DNA of 64,000 bases from assembly GCA_030141605.1 (NCBI GenBank), contig JAQGDQ010001005.1:7162-71161 (forward strand), read 5' to 3'. Below, piece after piece: positions 39,801 to 49,143 of the stretch; the first letter of the stretch is position 1, and each line of letters begins with the position of its first letter. Both the position numbers and the translations under genes were made by a program. Below the pieces are notes generated by a model that was given only the letters and a program-made list of their open reading frames with translations, was not told the origin of the DNA and made no database searches. This DNA is from Tubiluchus corallicola (taxonomy: Eukaryota; Animalia; Priapulida).

Positions 39801-42470
39801 TATTTCTCTCATCAAAGAAGAATATATGTATATTCAAACGCGGCTTAACAATTCTGCTAATTCACTATTTTACCTTACAAGATTACTCCTGATAACAAGA
39901 TAGGTTCCAGTCCAGCCTCAACAGTTCATCGTTACTAGCAGGCCTGTTGTTGAGCAACTAAATTTCAGCTGACAGTATGCCAAGCTGTATTAAATTAAAG
40001 AAAATAGGCTGGCAAACGAAATAGAAAGCAGCCAGTACATATCAGTCTGTCTGGGTTATCTAAGTATGTTAGTCCATACTTGTCAGGCCACTTTTTTGTA
40101 AATAAAATTGTTAAAGTACAAGCGTACTAAGATATCAGACGTTGCTAGTAACAAGTTTCAATTTGCACTGTACCGTACTCACAGCATTAGACAGGCTACT
40201 TTTATGTAAATAAAATCACGAAAGTGCACTTGTTATAAGATATCAGGTATTTCTAGTAGCAGTTGTACTGTGAATTGGTTATGTATAAGAGTCATCTATC
40301 TACTAAAGTATATTGATAGCTTGGAGCAAAAGCAGGCGGCAAAATAATAGAGTAATTAGATTATTGACGCAATTTTACACTAAGTGAAACATTAGGTAAT
40401 AAAAGCCATCACTGAAAATATTCTGATGATGATAATATTTGGCAAAGCACGTTCATGAGTGCGGACTGCGCAACTGTTTTCAAGGACGGCTGTGAACTTT
40501 AGTTCGTTTAACATGTAAACTATTTCCAAAGGTTCCGTAAAAAGATTTTTTAGACATTTCTTGCACAAAATATAATTGATTTCTAATTTATAAATCTATT
40601 CTTGAAATTGGGAGCTTTCAGCGAAGATTTAAACGCTGTTTCGTCGAATCATCCCACCACTTGCAGAAACCTTACGTAACTTTAACTTTCATTAAATGGG
40701 CGCATGTTTCAGTGAAACAAGGAAATGTTTGGGTCTGTAAGTTCTTTTAGGGAATGGTAAATGCCTATAATTAGCTTAAAAAAGTGAAACTTACTTCATT
40801 ATAAGATAGCCACGTATAAGGCTGCTCTTTGTCTTTTCTGTATCCATACGCAGGTCCGTTTCCTAGAAATTTAAAAATTCAATTCCTAGAAAAATTAATT
40901 CCTAAAAATTCATAGAAAAATTTAAAACATGATGCGTGTAGCTTTCCTGTTTTTGAAAATTATCATTTTCAGTTACATCACTATGGCAGTTTTAACCACA
41001 TGAACCAAAGCTGGACTTAAAAATTCTGTAATTATCAAGTCTGAACTAATTAAAAGAACCCTATCCAAATCTAGTAATCACGAAATGCAGCACAACAGAA
41101 AAAGCTTTTATTATAAAAGCAGTAAAAAGTGGAAAAAAGTTTAAACATCAACAGCTTTGAATACCATAGGGAAGAGGAAACAGTAGCCTATTATACAAAA
41201 TGAAGCCAAGTTCTTTTGAAGAGATAATAATTAAACTTAAAGCTGCTGAATTTAGTAAACAGTTTAACAGATAATACAGGTATTGGCTAGAAGCAAACTT
41301 AAGGCATTTTTAATCATAAGCACTGACATCTCATAATAACACAGTACGAGTATTATCATTAATACATATAGCTTAAAAAATAGATTTAGTCTCATTTTAC
41401 AGAGTGGAATGCTAACTTAACTCAAATGTCTTTGTTCTACCTCCCAAATGATGAGTGGTTAATTAGCAAGAACGCTTAAGTCTCGCAGAGAAATTAGAGG
41501 CTGTATAAACTCTGCAGTGAGTAAATATCTTTCTGGACATTACCTGAAACTCTTGCACCACGCTTGAAACACTCATGCAATGTCTTAGCATCTTCATACA
41601 AGTAGCGAATAAGTCTGCCATCCCTGCTGCACGACCGGGATATTTTTGAACCATCCTGTACATAAACGTCTTGCATTTTTTAAGATTATAAACTTTTTGC
41701 AAAGTTACATGATGCACTTATAGAGAAGTTTTTGTCCATTAAATCAACGAAAGTTAAATATTGTAAACACCTCATACTAAACCAGAACGCTGGCACTTTT
41801 AAATTGTAGCTTACGATCCACAATGCATTTCACTCAAACCAAATTACATAACTGCTAATGCAATATGTAACGAAATACAAATATTTTACATTGTATAATG
41901 AGATCACTTAGATCTGTAGCAAATCTTTCACGTTGCATACTACACAAACTTAATCTTACACCCTACATATGATGGTATTACATATGGCAAGAAACGTTTC
42001 TCCTATTATGGAGCCACATTGGGGATTGAATTACCAAACTGTCTCCGAATGGCCGAAAATCTTGGGGAATTTAAACGTCTAATTAACTCATGGACTGGTG
42101 TATCATGTAAATGTGCCATTTGTAAATTCAGCGAACTTCCCAATTTTGTTAAGTCGTAATTAAATGCTGAATGTGTTGGCAGGAAAATTTTTTATTGACC
42201 TAGATAACTTTTTGTGTAAATTTTAGAAAATGTTACTGCCTAAAATTTTACTGTCTCAAATTTTTACTGTTTTCATGTAGTTATAAATTTTTCTTGTACC
42301 AATACCTCTGGTGGCATCCAAAAGATTTTAAGAAGTACATATTATTACCATGTTAACGCTCATATACATTATGTTTGATATCGGTTTATGAGCTTCAAGC
42401 TCATGTTTTACAAATACGTACTGTTTTATATCATACCGATGAAAATAAATATTATCTCATCTTATCTTAA

Positions 42471-42514
<44 letters not shown>

Positions 42515-43101
42515 TTTAAGAAATAATAGCATACAAAAAACTTAACAACACAGCATAACAAACAGAACAATATTTGGTGAGATGTATGGGCAGTCATAAC
42601 AAAAATACACATTAATAAATAAAAATGACAACTACAATGCATTACAAAAGTTAATATGGGTTCTGATGACATAGTAATTTAAGTCTGCTTATAAGCAATT
42701 ACTGTTGTTGAGAGATAACAGGTGGCTAATATTCTAAAGCTGGTGGGTAATCATAAATATACTATGTTGTGTAAAAGGATAGAAGTTGTGCATACGTTTA
42801 TTTATATTTCTATTGTTAAGGCACTCGGATACAAATTTACAGATGAAAACTAATGGTTATTATTTATTAAGCTATGTGCTAAGCAATTTCAAATAAATGT
42901 TCTACGAACACTGAGCTTTTCTAAACAACAGGGCGAACTTTAGCTTACCGACATGTCTAACGATTGTCGATTTAGGTCGATCGGCGGGTTGAAGGGACTT
43001 GGTCGAGTAGCCATGTATAGAGCACTAAGAGCCGCAGCGGAACCAATGCCAATCAATCCCAGAGTTCCTCCGACATACTCGATATATTTCTCTAATTCCA
43101 T
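14052..43101 (-). CDS. ACSL: Long-chain-fatty-acid--CoA ligase (ACSL1/5/6-like), 683 aa; coding exons 43101-42949, 41655-41544, 40862-40795, 34115-34014, 32212-32113, 30890-30682, 29777-29655, 28530-28453, 26776-26642, 25261-25179, 23692-23542, 21540-21379, 20551-20435, 19308-19165, 18565-18461, 16590-16519, 14189-14052
   Basis: 17 GT-AG exons sum to 2052 nt in one frame. N-terminal hydrophobic anchor, [12 protein letters not shown]-binding [12 protein letters not shown], gate motif [62 protein letters not shown], and LTPTFKSKR. Confidence 0.96.
15284..15699. mobile_element. hAT-like MITE family D, copy 1
   Basis: Starts CAGGGGCCTATTAACCAATAGGCTAACTAGGCTATAGCCTAGGG; homologous to 27240-27639; degenerate 8-bp TSD. 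Confidence 0.8.
15979..16370 (+). mobile_element. hAT transposase 3' remnant
   Basis: 15979-16101 reads [40 protein letters not shown], typical of the end of the hAT dimerisation domain, followed by GGCCCAC subterminal repeats. Confidence 0.75.
17721..18222. mobile_element. hAT (Charlie-like) MITE family A, copy 2
   Basis: Family A TIRs; TSD CAGTAGAT/CATTAGAT. Confidence 0.92.
18774..19099. repeat. 82-bp tandem array, 4 copies
   Basis: TTACAGAAAGTATTACTAATT at 18774, 18856, 18938 and 19020. Confidence 0.96.
19645..20276. mobile_element. Old hAT-like MITE
   Basis: CAGAGGCGGAGCAAG...CTTGCTTTCCCACTG ends, GCCCCC subterminal motifs, degenerate TSD ATCAAATG/ATTAAATC. Confidence 0.65.
23812..25032. 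mobile_element. Old hAT-like element hosting a nested insertion
   Basis: Ends TTGGGATGCAACGGATC and GATCCGGATCAGATACGTCCCTA; TSD ATTTAAAC/ATTTAAAT. Confidence 0.65.
23869..24443 (-). mobile_element. hAT deletion derivative family E, copy 1 (nested)
   Basis: TIR CAGGGTGCATAAGATTATGGATAT; perfect 8-bp TSD TGCATGTA; retains [21 protein letters not shown] on the - strand. Confidence 0.9.
26048..26407. mobile_element. hAT MITE family F, copy 1
   Basis: TIR CAGGGGTTATTTCA/TGAAATAGGCCCTG; TSD GTCGAGTC/ATCGAGTC; relatives at 32344 and, inverted and partial, at about 29380-29572. Confidence 0.88.
26735..26948. repeat. 107-bp direct duplication spanning an ACSL splice acceptor
   Basis: CATATAGAATCCCATGCAGCCAC...TTCTGGGACTG occurs at 26735-26841 and 26842-26948. 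Confidence 0.95.
27240..27639. mobile_element. hAT-like MITE family D, copy 2
   Basis: CAGGGGCGTAT...ATACGCCTCTG; TSD GGTGCAAT/AGTGTAAT. Confidence 0.82.
28868..29572. mobile_element. Adjacent fragments of MITE family C (28868-29352) and inverted family F (29380-29572)
   Basis: Direct similarity to 12055-12602 and reverse-complement similarity to 26048-26407. Confidence 0.75.
29959..30459. mobile_element. hAT (Charlie-like) MITE family A, copy 3
   Basis: Family A TIRs; (A)TCTTAGAA duplicated on both flanks. Confidence 0.92.
32344..32732. mobile_element. hAT MITE family F, copy 2, with an expanded (CT)n microsatellite
   Basis: TIR CAGGGCCTATTT/AAATAGGCCCTG; TSD ATCATATG/ATCAGATG; (CT)n at about 32454-32529. 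Confidence 0.9.
33550..34004. mobile_element. Tc1/mariner (pogo/m44-like) MITE
   Basis: TIR CCGTATTTTCCCGTGTATAAGAGACCC/GGGTCTCTTATACATGGGAAAATACGG with TA on both flanks. Confidence 0.9.
35249..35890. repeat. 72-bp tandem array, 9 copies, palindromic units
   Basis: GCATTGTTTCTGTGAC recurs every 72 bp; each unit holds an inverted pair GGCATTGTTT/AAACAATGCC. Confidence 0.97.
36515..36815 (+). mobile_element. tRNA-derived SINE (MetaSINE-like core), copy 1
   Basis: A-box-like TAGTCTAGTGG, B-box GAGTTCGAACC, core GGTCATACCAAAGACTATAAAAATGGTACC, (TTA)n tail; second copy at about 61 kb. Confidence 0.85.
37263..38634. repeat. 63-bp tandem array, ~22 copies
   Basis: Unit GCATCTGCTATTTTAACCGCTGTTGTTTTAATTACAATGATTGGTAAAAAAGGGAAG and variants; source of the repetitive 467-aa, 182-aa and 87-aa ORFs. 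Confidence 0.97.
38830..39540 (+). mobile_element. Two decayed 3' fragments of RTE-like LINEs
   Basis: [10 protein letters not shown]...[36 protein letters not shown]...W...CRESW, then [16 protein letters not shown]...[16 protein letters not shown], matching the RTE ORF C-terminal pattern; short GAT-type tail at about 39528-39540. Confidence 0.7.
41940..42470 (+). mobile_element. CR1/L2-group LINE 3' fragment followed by (TA)n
   Basis: [49 protein letters not shown], then AATAAA and an (ATCTY)n tail. Confidence 0.75.
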
Positions 43102-43318
43102 TGTTATCTTGTGATGTTTACAATAGAGATTAGACTATCTGAAAAAAAAACACACGACAATTGTTAACAGCTGTGAGTAAAATTATTTAACAGCACCATT
43201 GGCACGTCACATTTAAATGCGATACAGAAAGCAAATGGATTATTGAAATAAACAAAATGTCTATTTAATATTGTATTAGGCTTAACAGCCATTGTAGTGC
43301 ATTAATGATTTCAGTTAA

Positions 43319-43819
43319 CCCTTTCAGTACCAAATTATTTTTTTAATAAGAAAAAATTTTTTGGCTTGGTACTTTTGTTCAGTATGTCCATCTTGTTTAC
43401 ACATAATAATTTTTTTCTACCTGTACCGGCGCGCTAAATATAGCCTGTATCTCACGGGATGCATTAACATTCAATGGAAGCATAAAATGAAGTAATTGAA
43501 GTGAATGAAGTGAAGTAATGAAGCATGAAGTAATGAAGTGAAAAAAAGAATTTATTTAAAAATAAAGTATTTAAGACATTTAGTATGCATGCTATGCTGA
43601 TCTGTACAAAGTCATCTCTAAAGTACTGTACCTTGTGCAGTTTTTTATGCTATGTAGATTTTCTAGTTTGCAAATTTTATCACTACTTTTAGTCTATTGT
43701 TATTGGCTTAAATCAAGATAAATATTAACAGATCAAATAACTGTCAGTTTTAAAATTTTATTAATTTTAAAGGCAGAAAATATTCTCGTATCCCACGGGA
43801 TACAACGGGTATGAAAGGG
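43319..43819. mobile_element. piggyBac-like MITE
   Basis: TTAA-CCCTTTCAGTACC ... GGTATGAAAGGG-TTAT. Confidence 0.72.
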
Positions 43820-44409
43820 TTATGTATCACTCATTCAAAATGGATCATTACATCCTCATTGTTTGTTGCACAACAATATTGACAAATTAAATTTATTATT
43901 ACATCAAACTGTGCTTCTAAAAAGAGTTGGAAAACGTGTGTTAATTGGAAAACTAGACAAGTGCTGTTACCATTGTTTGAAAGCGTAAAAATCGAAGCAG
44001 ATAAGAAAAAACGCCAAGGTATTTTTGTTTTACAACAAAAATGATAGAATTGTCTGACAGTGCATTTAACAGTTTGCTGTCATGAGTTTGCACACAGGCA
44101 CTAAGCAAAGGCTTGACAAGAACAGATTGTATTACACAACTATCATGCAACAAACATGTGTGGATGTGTTATAGGAACACTGAAAATCTATCCACATTTG
44201 TAGAACATACGATCTACAGCAATGAAATTCTTTTAGCACACAAATTTCACTAAATTTTATTTTATTTTGCATTTACCAATTATAGCTATTTTGCTATATA
44301 TTTATCTAGATTTGTACGACATCCGGTTTTGTTCAAAACGTGACGACAGCATTAGATTAACTGCTAGATACAAAGCTGTTACATTTTATAGGCTATTAAG
44401 CAGAAAATC

Positions 44410-44650
44410 AGGGGATGGTGGCCACAGAGTGTTTTGGCTGCGAAAGTCGAGCAGTGTGCAAGCCAGGTTAGTATATGGATGGGCGATTGATTACCAGGAC
44501 TGCATCTGCGATACCTGCCTGCTGCTACTTTCCTCACCGAGGAGGTATTTCCATCCACATCGTGGTAAAAGCACCTACATCAGTTCATTTTTCACCTTAG
44601 ATGATTATCCTCGATAAAGGGCTAGATTCTGGTCCTGCCATACCTATTCA
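44410..44650 (+). mobile_element. 5S rRNA-derived SINE-like element
   Basis: 44441-44488 (GAAAGTCGAGCAGTGTGCAAGCCAGGTTAGTATATGGATGGGCGA) resembles the 5S internal control region; its 3' part is repeated at about 44768-44825. Confidence 0.6.
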
Positions 44651-46470
44651 ATCTTAGTAGGAAGCCTCGCATTTTTCATTAAAAAAATTAAATGAAAAAT
44701 GAATACAGACGTTCCTATTTTGAGTAGCTTGAAGGCGATAGTTAAATGTTACATGGATAAAAGCTGTTTTTCATCTTAGATGATTATCCTTGATAAAGGG
44801 CAGATTCCGATCCTGCCATACCTATGCTGTTATACTCATATAGTACTTGGACTCTCGGTCAGTCACATATAAGACGAAAGATTTATTAGTCCCATCGCTG
44901 ATTATTAATAATACAAAAATTTCTTTACACAGTAGACAAATTTGCACTGCACGGCTTTACCATGGCGCAGACAGTAGCTTTACGGCGATAAGATAACTGT
45001 GCAAATATCATTCATTTGCTTTAGAAGTTCCTATTAAGTCTACCAGCAAAGCTGTATAGAGAAAGCAAAAAAAAACCATTCTCACACTAATTAGATTAAC
45101 CGATAAGATGACATTACAAATTTCATTCTATTATTACCTGAATCAAATAAGCCTAGAGAAAATAAGGTTGCTAAAATCTAGCTGTCATGGTTCACAAATA
45201 TTTTAGTGCTATATGAAGGCAACCAAACTAGGTAAAACTAGTAGTACTGCGTACTGCAGCATGGTATTATTTATGTGGAATTTAAATTGTAACTCATTTT
45301 AACTTGTTATTGCCACATGAAACTTTTCTCTATATACCCTACTAAAGCTCGAGTTCAAAACTCGAAATCCGAAATAAAATCAATCAGACCATGTGTATTG
45401 CCCACAGAAAAATACGACTTAAGAGAAGACAGGATGATTTTTCATATACTACCCCATTTTCAAGCCCAATAAAAAGGATACATTTTAACACAAATAATAC
45501 TGCAAAAGCGTTTCTGATAATTAAATAATAGATTAAAAACTTAATTAACAGCTGACTAGCCCGACTATTGATGACATCACAAACTAACATAATTTTCAAC
45601 AGCAAAAATGTTCCATGAGCGTATTGCATGTGTTTGCGAAAGTGAAAATTGAAGTACAGTGCTGCTGTAAGATATTTAGTGTGTTGTACTAAAACTAGAT
45701 AATCAAATTAGTTTGTCAACTTGTAATAATGACTACAGATGATAAAAATGCTACTTATTACACTTTATAATCATGATCACAGTTTTTCTTAGTTCTCGCT
45801 CCATTTCATCTTTCATTCACTACTCCCCCCCACTTTTATGTATATATTATCATTATTCATTATTTCAATTATTAATCATTTTTTGAAGATTTCCATGTAC
45901 AGTTTGGCCTGTCAAGCTATGCTTTTAGGCTCAAACTGTATGCATCAAAATTATTCTGTAATGTAATTTGCACATGTATATGCTGCATTTTGTAATTTCT
46001 CGATAATACTGCATTTATTCATATTTATATTTATATTTACTTAAATGGATAATTATCTGCATTTTAATGATAATTGTAAGATGCAATGTGGAAATGAATA
46101 AACTCTTAAACTCTTGAAAATAATTTTTCCTTTTAGATGTACTTTGATCAATATAAAACACGAGAGAGAAAGTATAAAATAAAACAATTAACAGAGGTTT
46201 AACCAGAGAGATAACTATGGCAAAAACCTACATACAGGCTTTGCCCTGTCGACTTACGGTTATCTACCAACAATTTGTAGTACAAAAACATTTTTGCAAA
46301 GCGCAAAGCAACTTTAGCATTTGCAAACTAAAAAGCTACAATAAATTGTAATTTTCATTTACGTTTAAAGATCTTCATGCCATTAGTAAGAGATAAAATA
46401 TTATAGGTCAAAATGTAATAAATTAATATCAAATTAGCACCTGTGTGTTAATTATACGTGTAAATTGTAT

Positions 46471-47323
46471 GGCACTGTATTAGAATCCAGGTCCCAGTCG
46501 ATTTTCGCCGAGCGATCACCTATTCGATATGCTTGCTTGACACATTATGACGTTTCACGCTAAACTCACGACTGCTCCTCAATACTTTGTGGACAGAATT
46601 CTGTGAAAATACACATTGTTATTTATTTAATAATTGGGATAATGCTGAACATGACTTTGTTCAATGGAAATGTTAGTTTGTCTGACTGAATAAATAAATT
46701 GTTGGCTTAAATGATCTAAAATTACTTGATATATATAATTAATTTAACTAAATTGTACGTTCAGTTCACCCCTCGACTAAAATTTAATGTAAACAACCCG
46801 CTGTACCAGACAACGTGCGAGGCTCAAAAAATTATCTGGGAGCATAACATTGAAAATCAGGTATGAGAGTTTAAAGATACATATAAAAACGCTATTATAG
46901 TATTAACATGACGGCTGCGTAAACTAAAATCTGACTGTGATGCGCTTAGTTATTAATAATAATGCGGATGATAATGAAGATGACTGATAATTGTTGGTAA
47001 GTTTATTTCAACAAAAATCTGTATAAATACACTTCTCGAAAAAATACTTTACACTGCTTGCAGCAATTTAATTATTTATTCAGGTTAAAATACATTTTAT
47101 ACGATTATATGTATCAAAATCTAGGCCAAATATCAATTTTTTATTTTTTATAAAAATTATTGGACTTTTATATATTATTTCATTAACTTATTCCACCACT
47201 GGTGAAACTCAGGCGCTGATCAATCATCATATCGTAAGAGCAACGCGGTTCGTCATAATGCGCCATTGAAATAGGCAATTGCTCGACAAAAATCGAGCAG
47301 GACCTGGATTCTAATAGAGTGCC
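46471..47323. mobile_element. MULE-like element with long imperfect TIRs
   Basis: GGCACTGTATTAGAATCCAGGTCC/GGACCTGGATTCTAATAGAGTGCC, with similarity extending ~80 bp; flanks AAATTGTAT/AAATTATGC. Confidence 0.7.
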
Positions 47324-47614
47324 AAATTATGCCAGCCGTTGATATGGTTAATCAAAAGTTTAACACAATACAAAACACGCAGAGTTCTGAAATTATTGGC
47401 ACTGAGCCAAGAAATCGATTACACGTGAAACCAAGTTTATATAAAATTTTTATACCTTTCACGTATTTTTTTAAAGTAACAGCACTAAGTAGCATAACAG
47501 ACTGCAAAAAACTGGTCTCACAGCCGAATTTCTAGCATTTTCACTGAAATTAACGTAACCGGTGTAAAATAAACCTCCACCATGAGAAAACAGGCCTCTC
47601 CAATCTTCATACCG

Positions 47615-47627
47615 CCACCAGATGGCG
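47615..47627 (+). promoter_or_regulatory. Candidate CTCF site
   Basis: CCACCAGATGGCG fits the CTCF core consensus; lies between the divergent ACSL and NHA coding regions. Confidence 0.4.
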
Positions 47628-47713
47628 AATTATAAGGTCTTTTAAAGATCGATTCCGTTAAAAGATCTTTCATATTAACTGAATTGGAGACTTGAGGTTC
47701 TAATGTATATGAT

Positions 47714-48252
47714 CAGGTTGCATAAGATTATGGATATGTATAAGATAAATAAAATAGCTTATTTTATTGATTTTTGAAATTTTTTTTTATGGATATCAAT
47801 AAAATAAGAAATAGACTATATATGGAACGAGATGCCCAGGGGGAAATCAATTAAAAAGTAAAAACAGTAGTGCTTGAAACGTGTTTTTAAACACGCAGGA
47901 CTTGGTTCTAATTTTATTAGTCCACAGAGAGTACGTCTCTGGTGGCTGGGTCTCTCTCAGTTATTTTCAGAGCGAACTCCAGCTCATGCTTTGGTTGAAA
48001 CTTCGCCATCTTGATAACAAAACGACAATGAGAAAAAACAATGTAAAATAGTAAATCCGGAAATGCGCTTTTGTTGGTTTGTTTTCTTTCTCTCCTAACG
48101 TTCGTTTTCAGTGTTGCCAATGCTTACAACTCGTTACTTTGTACAAAAAAATATTTTTTTATTTTATGCATTTCTTATTCATGGATTTTTCAAATTTTAT
48201 TTTATGGATTTTTGGTCTTATTTTATGGATATCCATAATCTCATGCACGCTG
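47714..48252 (-). mobile_element. hAT deletion derivative family E, copy 2
   Basis: Family E TIRs; perfect 8-bp TSD TATATGAT; retains [29 protein letters not shown]. Confidence 0.9.
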
Positions 48253-49143
48253 TATATGATGGCGAAGAGCTGTTGAAAAGTCACTGGAATAGCAGTGTAT
48301 AGTTCTTTGCTGGATTACTGTTTTGTTTACCTGTCTTGAAGGCAGATTTCTTTTGTTTTAGAATTCTGGCTGCCAGGTGCCTCTTCACAACATAGGTAAC
48401 GAGCATAATCATGTGATGATGATGTGATCAATTATAAAGTTTTTGTAAAACTAAAAGGTACTACTGCTAAAGGCTCCTTGAACAAGGTTAGATTAGACTT
48501 TAATTTATTCTGCTCATCAACTTATTGTATTTATGATTTCATATTATTTCAGTATTGCTTTATTTATTGATAGTATTTGGTACGGATGTACGATTATTAA
48601 AACGATAGTTCACTATGCACAGTTTAATATTAATTTTATGGAGATGGTGTTGGGAAAAACAGTAACAATCACCTGGCAGCTTAGCAATAATATTAGTTTA
48701 ATTTCTAACTTAATTTTTAACTCACGTAATTTTTAACTTAAAGTTTTACAGCTATTATAACTATAGTTTAGGTAATTTATTGTTTTAGCTCCATGCAAAA
48801 GGTCAGCCTTAAGTTGGCCAACATTGCAACAGGCGACACAAATCCGATAGATTTTTTTGGGTCGACCTTGGTCCAATGTAAATTGACTAAGTGTTTGTAT
48901 TAGCAATAAAGTTTCATGTAATATTGACTTCTTAGTGATACTAACTTCGATGTTGTTTGTAGGAATTGAATTTGTCATTAGACACAAGATGGCAGCATCT
49001 AAGTTTTGGCATTTATTTTCGACTGACAACACTTATATCATTGTGGAGTGATGACAGCAAAGAATTGTATTGTCTAAATACTGTGCTAACTGTCAGAAAC
49101 AGCAGCAGTTTTCAAGGAATTCGGGCAGAATCATAAAACTGCA

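Noticed and set aside
44441-44488. Functional 5S rRNA gene
   Set aside because: Partial and diverged, lacking 5S ends and an oligo-T terminator.
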